Of a stretch of 57,901 nucleotides of DNA, positions 13,338-27,210 are shown piece by piece (the stretch's first letter is position 1; every line of letters begins with the position of its first letter). A program made the translations under genes and the position numbers. The notes under the pieces are model-generated. The model was not told the origin of the DNA. It did not search any database and saw only the letters and a program-made list of their open reading frames with translations. The DNA comes from Pseudogymnoascus verrucosus (taxonomy: Eukaryota): NCBI GenBank assembly GCA_001662655.1, contig KV460236.1. One strand, written 5' to 3'.

Positions 13338-13655
13338 CTTTAATTTATCTTTAAAGTCTTTAAAGAGTCGTTCACACTGTTCCAACAGGAGCCAACTTGA
13401 CGCGATATCACGTGGCTTGCATACAAAACGTGGTGTGCTTTCAGACGTACCTGGCCTGCCAATGATGACGTCTGCTGAACCGAAACCTGGGGAAATAGTG
13501 CCTGGAAACCCGGGAACGGGAAGAACTCTGGGAACCTCACCCAGAACCACATCTCACTCATTTGACAGCCCCCTTCAACTTTTTTCGCGCGAGTATGCAT
13601 ACGCAACGGGGGATCGTATAGCTTTATTGACATGGTAAACTGACCCACGTTGGAT

Positions 13656-14697
13656 ATGTCAAATGGCGGCCAACCTCGGTCGTCGCCTGGTAAGAGACGC
13701 CGCCTCCCAGGAATCCAAAAGATAACAACCCACTAACCATCCCACCACAGTCTTTCATTTCACAGCTGGCCTAGGCTCCGGCGTCCTATCAGCCGTTCTT
13801 CTCCAACCCGCCGACCTCCTCAAGACGCGTGTCCAACAATCCGGCTCCAGCTCTCTCAGCGCCTCCTTCCGCGAAATTTTAGCTGGCCCAAAAGCCATCT
13901 GGGGATTCTGGCGCGGAACCGCGCCGTCTGCTCTGCGAACCGGGTTGGGATCCGCTTTGTACTTTACCAGTCTTAATGCACTTCGACAACATGTTGCGCG
14001 CTCGACTTTGCTCCAGAATATAGGCGTCGTCGATGGGTCGAAGGTGCAGCCTTCGACGTCGTCTGCGCTGCCGAAGCTCTCGAACTTGGCGAACCTCACG
14101 ACGGGCGCGATAGCGAGGACATCAGCGGGGTTTGTGCTGATGCCTATAACGGTGATCAAAGTGCGCTATGAATCGAATATGTACGCCTACCACTCTATCA
14201 TTGGCGCGAGCAAGGATATCTTGAAGACGGACGGTATTAGAGGGTTTTTTGCTGGGTTTGGCGCAACTGCGGTCCGCGACGCTCCGTATGCGGGGTTGTA
14301 TGTATTATTTTATGAGCAGTTTAAAAAGAGGATGAGTCGGATGGCTCAGAATGTTGGGGTTCCTGGCGCTCCAGAGATGGCCATGGCGGGAGGGACTTCA
14401 GCGTCTATCAACTTCGGGTCTGGGGTTGTAGCTGCGGGGCTTGCGACGGCGATTACGAATCCTTTCGATTCGATCAAGACGAGGATTCAATTACGGCCGA
14501 GGGAATACCGGAATATGGTGCAGGCGTCGAGGAAAATGATCGCGGAGGATGGGTTCAGGAGTTTGTTTGATGGGCTGGCGATACGGATGGCGAGGAAGGC
14601 TATGAGTTCGGCGCTGGCTTGGACACTTTATGAAGAACTCATTAGAAGAGCAGAGCTTCCTTGGAAAGAGAAAGAGAAGGAGAAAAGCCTCTCGTAA
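13656..14697 (+). CDS. HEM25: Mitochondrial glycine carrier (SLC25A38/Hem25)
   Basis: [54 protein letters not shown] and [17 protein letters not shown]: three mitochondrial carrier repeats with Hem25-type motifs. Confidence 0.9.
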
Positions 14698-14990
14698 GGG
14701 CAGGGCCCTTTGTTAGAATGTAACTCTACTCAGTGTATGATGCGAACGGCTGTATCAACAACATTTTTACTCTATACTACTCACGAACTTTGGTCACCAT
14801 CTCTGGGACACTATTCACATTTTTGCTCTCCATATATGATTTAATGATTTGGTATAAAAGCTAGTGTTGCTATATTTGAGAGGCGTCAAAACCACCAGAA
14901 ACATCAGAAGTAGATAAAAAAGATTCCAGACCCCGCGCAAAACAAAACATCATGCTATCATCCAATCATCACCCCAGCCTTCTTCATCTC

Positions 14991-16308
14991 TCATCTCTTA
15001 CCACCGGCGAGGAAGGTTATCAAGCCAGGGGACTTGTCTCTCTTCCTCTCCTTCTTCTTCACAAACTCGTATTGCACATCACCATGACCGTGGTGATGGT
15101 GGTGTCCCCCGGCCTGCTCAATCTGCAACACCGTCGTGTTCGTAGTACTGGTGACAGCGCGGCGCCTCTCGCGGAGCTCTCTCGTGTGCTCCCACAAGAA
15201 ATCCTGCTCATGCTCTGGCACCCATCTCTTGATAAGAATGTACTCGGGATCCTGCGAACAAAAAAAAAATGTATCAGTCTCTAGAAATCTATGCCCATCT
15301 GGGTTTGCGTACCTGGTCAATGGTGTAGTCTATGCGGAATGCATTCAGCGTCTCGTAGGAAAGATAGCGCCGCGCCATTTTGGTGTACATGGGGCGAGTC
15401 CCAGCGGCGACGTCGACTTTCTCCTTCTTGAGCACGGCAGCAATTTGCGCATCGGTCAAACCCGACTTCCTCATGTCGTCTTCTATACGCTCCTTGTACT
15501 CCTTCTCGCGCTGCTTCTTCTCCTTCTCATCCTTAGCGGCCTTCTCGGCCTGCTTGCGCTGGAAATCCTTCACAGCTGCCTCGGCCGCCTTTTTCGCGGC
15601 CTCCTTCTCCTCCTCCTCCTTCTTCTGTTTCTGCAGCTGCTTGAGTTCAAACTCCTTCTTCAGTAACTTCTCATCCTCGATGCGCTGCTGCTCGAGCTTG
15701 AACTTGTGCAGCTCCTTTCGAGTTCGCTCCAGTTCGTAATCCTCCTTGGTCATATAGTCATGCTTAGGCTTCTCTTCCTCCTTCTCCTTCTCCTTCTTAG
15801 AAGCTCTCCTGTTGGCCTCATACTGGGCCCTTCTCAAGTCCTCAATCTCGCGCCGCGCCATCTCGAGTTCGTATTCTTCCTTAGTCATGAACTGCTTTTC
15901 CTGCTTTTCCTGCGACCTGCGTCTGTGGCGAGAGCGAGAGCGCGACCGTGAGCGCGACGACGACCGGGAGCGACGGCGACGGCCATGGCGAGATCGAGAT
16001 CTCTCGCGATGTGCTGGTGCCGGTGCCACCATTTGGAACTGCACTGGGGCGGGGCGGGGCGGCTCGGGATAGTCTTCGTCATGGTTGTAGATCCGGTTGT
16101 TTATGATAACAGGCTGAGGCTGCGGAGAAGGAACCCTGGGGGACGGGCGCCTGTCGTAACGACCGCCGGCGCGGACGTCGAGGCGTTCGTCGACGTAGTA
16201 GGTTGGGCGTGGTGGGGGTGGCTCATAACGTGGCTCGGCCCGGCCACGGTGGTGGAAGCGGATATCGATATCGTCCCTATCGTCGTAACGACCGCCGCCG
16301 TAACTCAT
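14991..16308 (-). CDS. Uncharacterised fungal protein with RS-rich region, coiled coil and conserved-looking C-terminal domain (intron ~15254-15313)
   Basis: Spliced ORF reading RPMYTKMARRYLSYETLNAFRIDYTIDQ|DPEYILIKRWVPEHEQDFLWEHTR, with RS dipeptide and E/K-rich coiled-coil segments. Confidence 0.75.
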
Positions 16309-17925
16309 CGTGAATTAGATAGCGGTAAACGCAACTTTGTTGTGGGTACAGATGGAGATGAAACAAAGATACTCGAGAAACTGTGCAATACAGTCTCCGA
16401 TAATATCGTTTGCGGAAACTCTGACTGGTGAGCAGATGACAGTTGGTACTTGGCAGGTGACCAGCGACTCCTCACTCTGAGACAACGAGGCACAAGGCGG
16501 GTGCGATAAGAGAGGGGTTGGATTATCGTCGTCGTCTGTTTACCCCTCAGCAAGTTTTTGAAGCTCGCGAGCAGCTTATATGTCTCTCCACAACAACTAG
16601 TGTCTTGACTCTTGATGTTGGATGAAGGAGAAAAAAACCAACCAGACGAAGAAAGTGTGCTCAAGACTGGGAATTGGGCTGAAGGTGAGGGGCGGGGCGG
16701 GGTGGTCGGGAAGTGTGTGGCCTCAAGTCCATTGTATCAGCGCGTGCATGGCGTAGGAAGGGCCCGCATGGGCTATCGCGACATCACAATCATGATTGGG
16801 CACACGACGAATCCATGGGATCCGTGGGGCTGAAAATGTTCAAGTTTAGTACCAAGTAGACCATTTCGGTGTGTTAGGCTGCAGCACATGCATGGGGGGG
16901 CTCAGCGGCACAAGAAACACACCACAAGGTGGAGCTTAGCGGACAGCGACTCGCAAGGATGATCAACAGAGTAATTTTGGCCAGAGCGGGGTTGCAACAC
17001 CAAGCATTTGGCATATTCCAGCCATCGCTGAAACGTCTGGTCGACCCGCGCGTCTCGACAAGTTTCATCTGAGTATCCGCGCGCCTTTGACAATGATCGC
17101 CTTGAATCCGAGCGAACTTGTCATGTGGAGAGAGTAGGGAAATAAGTCATCGCGAACGAGACTCGGAGGCTATTTGTAACGATAACAGAGTAATCAATGT
17201 AGGGCATGTGTGCATGTCACTTGTGGAAGCTGAGTGAGTGCGAGAAGGATCATGCATGTCAGCCGTGCCAGGGTCCACGAAAGCAATGTCATAATAACTG
17301 TGAAACGCATTTTGCCTTCTCGTGCATTGCCGTCCGAATACCATGAAAGTAGCCGGTATATATGCTTTGCACAGCTTTGTTTCCTTAGCTTTGAATTATT
17401 CAGATTCGATTTGATTCCCATTTTTGGCAGGTGAAGGAGCGTGTTTCTGTAAACTGTAGGGCTGTGTTTAACTCCACAATATCTGAATCCACAACAGGCC
17501 ACAGAAACGTGTCTGGACCTGATCTAATACTGCGCTATAAAACAAAGTGTGTTTCGGGTATGCCATGCGGCCATGACAAGTAACCTTAGTTTGGCCGCCA
17601 AAGTATGTTTGAGAGGATTAAGCGCAATAGTCCGCGCCTGGCGAAGCGCCCCGACAAGCGCCTAGAGGCCCTTCATATGCGGCGCTCGACCTCTTCATTT
17701 TCCATCTGGGAAAGTTGAGCCGTCCGATGTCTTGATAGTAGAGACTACGCGCCCAGCGAGCGTATCCTCCCGCACCCTCCTGACTCGCGCAAACGGCAAC
17801 AATAGCGACACTCCAACAACACGCCCTCCTCTCATTTTACTAACAAGAGGATATTGGCTGCACTTCTCACACTGCGCTTGAGTCTCTCCATCCCGCGCGA
17901 GCTCTCTGTTTTTGTTTGGACCTTC

Positions 17926-18471
17926 TTATGCGCGGCCCCCGCTCTTGAAGATCTGCTCCATATGTTCACGGCTATTTTTGTATGTTGTCTCGAGGTAGTG
18001 TAGTTTCTTGTTCAGTGACTCGACGTCGGTCTTGAGCCCGGCAGTTTCCGATGTCAATCTTTTATCAACCTCGCTCGTAGGGCTAAAAACGAACCTATTC
18101 GTGTTGTGTTAGCAGATGAGGTTTATTCGGTCTCGTGATCCACGTTTTGATTTTAGGGGTTCTGAGGATTGCCCACGGGACTCCTTCCGGAGGCTTGACT
18201 TACATCTTGCCAACCCCCTCGTATATATTTGTATTTTCTGGTAGCGTAGACACCTCGCTCGAGGTCAGCTGCAGGAGTCGCATGTCGCGCTGCTTCACTG
18301 CTATTTGTGACTTGACGACATTGATCTGCTGTTGTGCCTGAATGGCCTGCGTCTCGATCTCCTGCACGAGCTATTGTCACAGAGATTAGCATGAGCCGTA
18401 TGTATTCCGAATAGAGAAGAGATAATTTGTTCGCTGCGTACCTTTTGGAGAGCTTCGTTCGAAATGGACAT
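17926..18471 (-). CDS. PFD1: Prefoldin subunit 1 (exons 18471-18442, 18370-18204, 18094-17926)
   Basis: Manual splicing gives MSISNEALQK|LVQEIETQAIQAQQQINVVKSQ...ENTNIYEGVGKM|FVFSPTSEVDKRL...KKLHYLETTYKNSREHMEQIFKSGGRA*. It has the beta-prefoldin YEGVGKMF motif, canonical GT-AG junctions and CTAAT/CTAAC branch sites. Confidence 0.92.
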
Positions 18472-19599
18472 TTTCCTCAAGGGATAGTATATATACAGAG
18501 GGACAAAGCTGGACGGGTTTGGTAGTTGAAGTCTCGCTGTGCGCTCTGAACTGCGGAACCAAAGTTCTACGATCCAAGGTATGAATATGGAGGTCTTGTA
18601 GTAGACAATAACGTGGCCTTGAACTGTTCGGTGCTTTCGTGGTGGGGTTGAGCTTGTGTTCTACCCAGGGTTCGTTGAAGCTCATGTTCTCAACCGCGAC
18701 GTTGTTCGCAGTGGGTCCTTTTCGTCAACCGTAACAATATAATTCCCCGCCCAAGCTTGTGATAAGTGATATCTTTGGCTGTATATAGTTTTGAGTTTTT
18801 TTTATTTTTCTAGTATTCTATTGTTACAGCAAAATGAAAGACTAAAGTTATAGAGAGAGGCTGATTATTAGAAGTAATGCCTTTGCTGTGATCAAATTGC
18901 TACTCTGGATAACCATCCGTAGCAAAAGCATCAGCGATTTTTGTGTCTCACAAGGCTATTTCCGTGAAGTTTTGTTATCGATCTGGTGGCTCAGTCTTTA
19001 GTTGTGCTACATACACAAAGTCGTTAGTGAACTCTCTTTCTATAAACCTCTTCCGGAACAGATTAAGGAAATTAAGAAGATGAAATAAACTAGATCAGTT
19101 GTCCGCCTCAAGCAGCCTCGACCTTATAATATGATCCACAATGTTTAAACCGTTTCCGTTGATCCGAGCGTGTGCGATGACGTCTGTTCAGACCTCAGAC
19201 CATTCATGGTACCCAGAGGTACTCGCCATCCCACTTCATTCCGAAGCTCCCAGGCACAAACTACCCCTCCCAACAGCGCCGACAGCGAAAGTCGGAGGCA
19301 TTCATTGGCAATAGCTGCCCGGCCTCGGGGGCCGCCCGCTAAGACATCGTATGTACTCCTTGGTACCATTTCTAGAACCAAAAGAGGCAGGCACACGCAA
19401 GCACCACTCATGTGAAGATCCAAAACCTTTTGCCTCCTCTATCTTTCTTCTCTGCTCATCACACATCATTGTATATCATTGCCATTCCAATCCGCGCTCT
19501 GCATCTTATCCGTATTTTTACTTTGGAGGATAGGATCTCAGACGCTGTAATCTTTATCGTCCGCGGAGGCCACCTGGAGATCCAGGATAGTAAGAGGCT

Positions 19600-20814
19600 A
19601 TGACGGTCAACTCGTCGACAACAATGAAATCGGGTCACTCAGAAACGGGCGCTCGATGGCTGCCCGCCATTGACTATCCCAGCGGTTCCAAGCATGGCTT
19701 TTGGTATCCCCAAACAAGCACAATAAACTGGTGCGAGGAGGTATGGCATGCTATATCTCTGTTGCAAATGTCAGAGTGGCACTGACATGACTCGTAGGAC
19801 TATTATGCGACTATATACGCAGCGGAAATTGTCAACACGTTGACAAACCTTCTATTCATGTATCTTGGCATCAAAGGAGTCCGAAACTGTCTAAAACATG
19901 GGCATGACACGGTCTTCATGATAACCTTTCTGGGATACCTGGCTGTGGGGACTGGAAGCTTTATGTTTCATAGCACCCTGAAGTGTAAGTTAGCGAGTCA
20001 GCTAAATTTGTCGTATATTAACGGACATATAGATCCATGGCAGCTAGTTGACGAGCTCTCCATGATATACACGACATGCCTGATGTGCTATGCATGCTTC
20101 TCATTCAACCAAACCCGCCGATTCTGCCAGGGTCTGGCTGCTGGACTGACAAGTCTCTGTATATTTATAACAGTAAGCTCACATGTCCCTTTGAATGTAT
20201 GGATCGCTCTCTAACAACATCAAGGGTTATTATCATTATCTTCAGGATCCCACGTTCCATCAGAATGCGTATGCGATCCTTACAGCCATCGTGGTGTTCC
20301 GGAGCATGTATGTGATGGAGATCAACATTCGGCCATCACTCCGGGCCAAATATGGCCAAGCATCCCCAAATGGCAAAGTGAGCGCCGAAGATGCCAAGAG
20401 AGACAAACAAATCCTTCGGGATATGTGGCTGATGATTGGCCTGGGGCTTACCGTATTCCTTGGAGGTTTTGGTATATGGAACTTGGATAATTATTATTGT
20501 TCGACCGTTCGACGTTGGAGGCACGATATTGGCCTGCCCTGGGGTATATTGTTGGAAGGCCATGGCTGGTGGTAAGCAATACATGAAACCGTCGAGGACA
20601 TAATTCGAAGCTAACAAATATCTATAGGCATCTGATGACGGGAACTGGAGCCTACATGTCTCTCGTGTGGGGCATTTGGCTTCGTCACTGCCTTAATGAG
20701 CGCCAAGATGAGTATGAACTGTCCTGGCCAAGGACGTTCACGTCTTTACCTGAAATTGTTCGCGCCAATCCAGAGAAGTGGAAGGGGGCCGCAGAATCGA
20801 AGAAAAGGCTTTGA
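19600..20814 (+). CDS. Alkaline (phyto/dihydro)ceramidase, Ypc1/Ydc1 family (5 exons)
   Basis: GFWYPQTSTINWCEE|DYY..AEIVNTLTN, GSFMFHSTLK, QLVDELSMIY and LLEGHGWWHLMTG (CREST-family His motifs). Confidence 0.92.
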
Positions 20815-21461
20815 GTCGTTGGATACTGGAAAACCGAAAGGTTGAGGACTTTTAGAATTGCACGCTAGAGTAAATATGAATCCATACTGCCAATCCAGTT
20901 TGCCTGAGATCGCATACAAAAATAATTTGTAGAAGAATGTATTCGTAGAAATGAGAACAGTCGTTGGCCGTCAACTGCTCATTGAGCCTAGGCTCCCGTC
21001 GCCAAGAACCGGCGCGCGGAGCGCGGAGTCGAAACTCGTCAGCTAAATCTTACGCGCGGTTCGAGTACTTCGTACCTTTTGGACAGCACTCCACAGCTGT
21101 GGGCGGTAATCTCCAAGTGGTCAAATCTTAGCCTTTGAGCTTTCCTGTTAACCTGAACACCTTGTATCCCCCACAATTGGAATCTGGCCAATCTATATTT
21201 ATTCTTACCATCGTTAAATTTAATAATTGGCTCCCCCCACAGCCTGTCGTTCGTTGCACACTACCCTAGTTGAAGGATTCCAGGACCCTGGCGCCTTTCG
21301 GATACGAGCATCATCGTCAGCTGTCAGTTACCGTGATGGACTCGTAGCTAGCAGAAGAACGCTATTGAGCCGCGACCCCAACGATTGCCTATGACGCCCT
21401 ATGCGAAGAACCTCAGGTCGAATTCAGACGGTAGTGAAATACAGCCCTCGACTGTAATATA

Positions 21462-24111
21462 ATGACGACCCCTGCGAAGCAATCGTCCCGCTGGGGCTCG
21501 TTCTTGTCGCAGGCCGTCGCGGGGATTGAATCGAATCTGGACAATATACTCTCTGGAGACGATGTGCCCCAGACGAAACCGGCGGCGGTAGTACCCCCCG
21601 CTGCGCTGAAGGTCGAGAATGGTATGCCCAGCCTCATCACTACAATTTCAGGAGCAGATGTTAACAAGACCCGCTAGCTCCATCTCGAAGCTCATCTGCG
21701 AACCCGACGTCGAACGACCGCTTGCAGGAACGACTCGCGAGAGCTGTTGCAGCGAAGAAGATGGCGGCGCAGAATGGCGGCGCACAAACACCTATATCGA
21801 ATGCTTCCTCGAGAGTTGCAAGCCCGGCCCCTGCTTCGGATAGTCCTAGGCCCAGTCTAGATGTGGCTCCACGGGCAAGCGAAGAGGGAGGTAGTGGAAC
21901 GAAAGCGGATGCAGATACTGAGGAGAAGGTTGTTCCTCAGGTTAATATCGGGAGTGCGGATACGGACACGGCCGTGGACAAGGACGCGCAGGCAGAAGGA
22001 CGACCAAGTGGAGATCTCGGAAACAAAACCAAGGATGATACTGCGCGGGTGTCTACAGACTCAGCTCCTGCTAGACGGAGTACCGAGTCCCAGTCAACAA
22101 CAGAGCCGAAAGCTAAAACAAATGGAAATACGGCTGTCGACGAACCCGGTACAACCGAGAAGCGGTCTGTGGCAGATGCAGACCGTGAGGAGGAAATACA
22201 TGGCTATATTGAACGAATCGATGCATTGCAAGCGAAGCTACAATATCTCGCCAAGGAGTCTTCCGAGAATGCGAGGAAAGCCGCCGCAGCTGCGCCAGCA
22301 GATAGCTTTGAAAAGAAGTTGGCGGATAAAGATCAACAGATTGCATTGCTTATGGAGGAGGGCCAGAAGCTCTCCAACACTGAGCTAAAGCACATGACTC
22401 TCATCAAGAAATTGCGAGCGAAGGGCTTTGAATCCGAGAAGGCAGCGGGCGAGGTTAATAAGACGCTAGAAAAAATGACGAAGGAGAAAGCTACACTGAA
22501 TGAGCGCCTAAAGCGAGCCGATGGGATCGAGAGACAGTTGAACGAGAGGCATAAACAGGTATCACAGATGCAGAAGGACATGGAGGCTGTCAAGGCAGAA
22601 CGAGATGCTAAGGAAGCGCAAATTGGACAACTAAAAGCCCAATTATCCGAATCTGCTTCTCAGGCGAAGGCAGATGAGGTGAAGAACATCCAGGGCCAGC
22701 TAGACGCCGAGAAGAAACGGGCCAGCAACTTAGACGAAGAAGTGTCCTCACTCAAGATCGAGAAGGAACTGGCAGAGGACAAATTAAGAGCTCAGATTAA
22801 AGAACTAGAGTCGAAAGCAGAGCGGGAAGTCGAGCGTGCACGAGCCGCTGAGCTAGAGCAGAAGGGAGAAATCCAACTGCTGGAGAGCCGGTTGGAGGTC
22901 ATGCGCACCAGGGCCGAAGAAATATCATCGGGTGCTACGGGGGATGCACAGGCAAAATTCTTGAGGCAAATCGAGACGTTGCAGACGCAATATTCGATTG
23001 CTAGTGAGAATTGGCAGGGGATTCAGACGTCATTAACCTCGCAAGTGACGAATCTGCAAAAGGAGAGAGATGAAGCTTTCCGTCGCGAGAGCGATATCAG
23101 GAAAAAGGCCCGAGAAATGGTAAGCACTCTACCGTACCCCTTTACTGATTTAATTGCTAACTTTTTATCTAGACACTAAGAGCGAAATCCAACGAAGACG
23201 AAGCCGAGAGTTTGCAAACGCAGATCAACGACTTGCAGCAAGCCGTAACATCACAGAAGACACAACTTGTACAACTACAGCAAAAAGTAGACGAAGCAGA
23301 GGCAGCTCTCCAAAAAGCTAGTAATGCATTTGAACTTGAAAAGCAAACATGGACGTCCGAATTGCAACAACGCCTCGAGGAAGAGCGTAATAAATGGAAG
23401 GAAGAGGCCCCTAGGTCGCAATACAACTTCGATCGAGCTGTATCACCAGTGGCTTCGTCGAGAATGGGTCTCACGGCAGAATATCTGGGTCTCCAAAACT
23501 TGCAGACAAGACGCGCTGGTTCGTCCAGAGATATGCTGGATGATCTCCCCGGGGTGGAGCGACGAATGAGCCGACCTTCCTCTTCGAGACTCCCTCGCTC
23601 ATCGGGACATGTCACGCCAAAGCGCCAGGATTCAGCTACCCTGTTCAGCCCTGGTGCAGACGCATCAGATGCGCCCTTCATCACTATGGATCCTGATGAG
23701 TATTTCGAGAACACAGCCTCGCCGGTTGACCACCACCACACTATGAACGATATCATGTCCGTCTCGACAGCCGGGGCCGGACCATCCGTCCAGCTCGTCG
23801 AGAGAATGAGCGCCGCAGTGCGCCGCCTAGAGAACGAGAAGATCTCCTCAAAAGAAGAGCTTGTCCGTCTAGCAAGCCAGCGCGATGAGGCGCGTGCGGA
23901 GATCGTCTCGTTAATGCAGGAAGTTGAGGCGAAGAGGGCTGACAACGCCAGGGTCTCGGAGCTGGAGAAGGAGGTTGATGCGATTAATGCCCGGTATCAG
24001 ACTACGCTGGAGATGCTGGGGGAGAAGAGCGAGATGGTGGAGGAGCTCAAGGCAGATGTACAGGATGTCAAGGCGATGTATAGGGAGTTGGTGGAGAATA
24101 CTGTTAAGTAA
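21462..24111 (+). CDS. SGM1: Golgin Sgm1/TMF1 (TATA element modulatory factor) coiled-coil protein (3 exons)
   Basis: WGSFLSQAVAGIESNLDNIL N-terminus, IALLMEEGQKLS, LQTQYSIASENWQGI, and C-terminal SVQLVERMSAAVRRLE..LEMLGEKSEMVEELKADVQDVKAMYR. Confidence 0.88.
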
Positions 24112-24210
24112 CTAGGTGTAGCTATGGATCAAATATTGTTCTACATACTACTGCACTGTAATGTAGTGATTGCGTCAATTGCTAGTTGTGTCTGTGATTG
24201 ATTGCAAGGC

Positions 24211-25319
24211 CTAGCTGCTGGTTGTGATTTCTATCCCCTCACGCTCGACGCTCTCCAGTATGAACTTGCGGATCTAGATCTATTAGAACTGCACGTCATG
24301 CGGTAGGCGAGTGAGAGAAACATACCTTTCCATCCGGAGCAAGGTCGATGGCAAGAAAGCCGTCGACGTCCTTCTTATCCGACTCTGCCCCAGCCTTGAG
24401 GAGGGCAAGCGCAGTATCACCTGGTAAAGTCAAATGGCGAATCGTTGGGGGCTATCTGATAACCTACCATGGCCCTCAGCAATTGCGTGATGTAGCGGCG
24501 TATATCCTGCTGAATCCGTGGCGTTCAGTGGGCTCCTGTTTTTCAATAGCAGCTCCACCAACGGCACGCTACCGATGGACGCAGCTCTGTGGATGGGGTA
24601 TTGGCCACGCTTGTCCTTCACTCTCACTGATGCTGGCGGCTTGTTGGCCAGGAGGGTTTTGGTAACGTCAAGGTTATTCTTTGAGGTGGCGAAGAAGATT
24701 GCGGTCTATTTCTTGTTAGCTTTAAACCCATGGGGCGGACTGTATATTGACAGACCTGGCCGTTGTTATCTGTAAAATAGTCAGTTGTGATCTTTTTCAT
24801 GGGTATCAAACTTACTTGTCTCGCTCACATCTGCTCCTTTACCCAACAAGAGTTTGACGATATCTTCACCCTCTTTGAGGCTGACTGCTATCATCAAAGG
24901 GGTCCAACCAGCACCATCCTAGCTAGAGGTCAGTCACGGGACAACGGATGTCAAGCTGATGTGCTGGAGCGTTCGAAAGGTCTGGTCTGAGTGAGGTTAC
25001 CTTGGCATCTGGATCGAAATCCTTCCTTTGGGCCAGAATTGATACTACATCAAGATGTCCTTGCGCAACAGCCCAGTGCAAAGGCAGGCGGTCGTCATCG
25101 TCTTTCAGAGTAGCCAGTTTTGAATTTGCCTGTAATTATCCCTTTAGCTCCGCAATCCACAGAGATGTGGTCTGGCGTGCGTCCTACATTCAGGAGACTT
25201 TCGACCACGTTTGCTGTAGAGATGTTAGCTATTTCTCATGCGAAATAGTATGAGGGGTAGCTACTTCGCCCATTCCTGGCAGCTTCATGGATCTCAAATT
25301 TGTTGGCCTTATCCGCCAT
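24211..25319 (-). CDS. NAS6: Proteasome assembly chaperone Nas6/gankyrin (ankyrin repeats, many short exons)
   Basis: MADKANKFEIHEAARNGR start, DDDRLPLHWA, GWTPLMIA, GQYPIHRAASIGS and GYTPLHHAIAEGHG ankyrin repeats. Confidence 0.85.
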
Positions 25320-25648
25320 AATGCCGGTGATTTTATTGTAAAAATCTGTAAGTACTAAGCCTAACGAAGTTCATAAATAGTAAAAGAAAACAATCGTCAT
25401 GCACTGATGCCTTTCTGATAAATTCTTAGAAGCAGATGCGTGATTACGCATCAGGTAGCTGCCCATCGATAACTGCAACTAATTAGGCCTAGCGCGCCTC
25501 CCCCACAAGGCTCAAAGCCGAAAAGTTGCTAGAGCGTCACGACGCGAAGGGTTCCACGAGCCTCGTTCCATGAGCCGCCTCACCAAACATTTCCAACGAC
25601 TCCCGAAGCAAAACCCAAACTCACAATTCGTGAGCCACGTACATCAAA

Positions 25649-26981
25649 ATGGCGGCAGCCACCGACGGCGATTCTGCGTACCTACGACAACTCCTCCTCC
25701 AAAACTCCAAGAAGACGCGAGCGCTTTTCGCGGGCGGCGTCGTCCCAGATGCTCCAGTGATACAGACTTCGATTCCGGAGAGGAAGCGCAAGGCCGATGC
25801 GACTAGCACACAACTGGTGCAAGTGAAGAGGGCAGATCAGAAGAGGGCTGCGGCGTCTCCTGGGGGGGCAGGGGCACCAGGGACGCAGCTATCATCAGTG
25901 CTTTCTACCGATAATACCAGGAGGATCCAGGTCGCCCAGCAGGCGAAACCAGAATGGCATGCGCCATGGAAGCTGATGCGTGTTATATCCGGCCATCTGG
26001 GCTGGGTGCGGAGCTTGGCTGTTGAACCGAATAACCAATGGTTCGCTAGTGGTGCGGGGGACAGGACGATCAAGATCTGGGATCTGGCGACTGGAGGGCT
26101 GAAGCTCACGCTGACGGGACATATTTCCACGGTCAGAGGTCTGGCTGTTTCGCCGAGACACCCGTATCTGTTCTCGTGTGGTGAGGATAAGATGGTAAAG
26201 TGCTGGGATTTGGAAACCAACAAGGTCATTCGACACTACCACGGACATTTGAGCGGCGTCTATACACTGGCTCTGCATCCGACACTCGATGTCTTGGTTA
26301 CGGGTGGACGTGATGGTGTTGCGCGTGTGTGGGATATGCGGACACGAAGCAACATCCACGTTTTGGCGGGTCACAAGGGAACGGTTGCGGATGTTAAATG
26401 TCAAGAGGTGGATCCGCAGGTCATAACTGGCTCTCTCGATTCTACCGTCCGCCTGTGGGATTTGGCTGCCGGTAAGACGATGGGAGTTCTAACGCACCAC
26501 AAGAAGGGTGTAAGGGCTCTTGCAACTCATCCAAAGGAGTTTACGTTTGCGTCTGGTAGCACTGGCAGTATCAAGCAGTGGAAGTGCCCCGAGGGAGCGT
26601 TCATGCAGAACTTTGAGGGGCAGAATGCCATTATCAATACACTGAGCGTCAACGAAGATAATGTGTTGTTCTCGGGAGGTGATAATGGATCGATGGGCTT
26701 TTGGGATTGGAAGACGGGACATCTCTACCAGTCGCTGGATACGACGGCTCAGCCGGGTTCTTTGGACGCGGAGGCTGGAATAATGAGCTCGACGTTTGAT
26801 AAGACTGGATTGAGATTGATTTGTGGAGAGGCAGACAAGACTAGTAAGTTGAGCTCGCAGCATTATGTTTGTACCAGTGCTAACGACGATATTAGTCAAA
26901 ATATGGAAGCAGGATGACCAAGCGACACCAGAGTCGCACCCCTTAGATTGGAAGCCAACTCTGGGACGCCAAAAATACTGA
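25649..26981 (+). CDS. PRP46: Pre-mRNA splicing factor Prp46/PLRG1 (WD40)
   Basis: [25 protein letters not shown] repeats, [38 protein letters not shown]. Confidence 0.96.
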
Positions 26982-27210
26982 TTGTAGGATGGGCAAAGCT
27001 TGGAAATCGGCTCAGGAAAGCGAAAGGTGTTGTAAACATGGACGGGCAATGGCATGGCAGGGCGAATGTGTATATCAGCATATCACGAGGGGCGTTGCGG
27101 GAAATCTGGACTAGCGATATCACCCAGAAAACGGCGTTGGAAAAGGCGGCAGATTAGGCTCGCACTTTTTTTTATTTATACAAATTATGGGTATCTTGTA
27201 GATCTAATAA

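Noticed and set aside
20990..21075. GC-rich segment with GGTTCGAGTAC resembling a tRNA B-box
   Set aside because: The B-box is imperfect and no cloverleaf or acceptor stem could be built.
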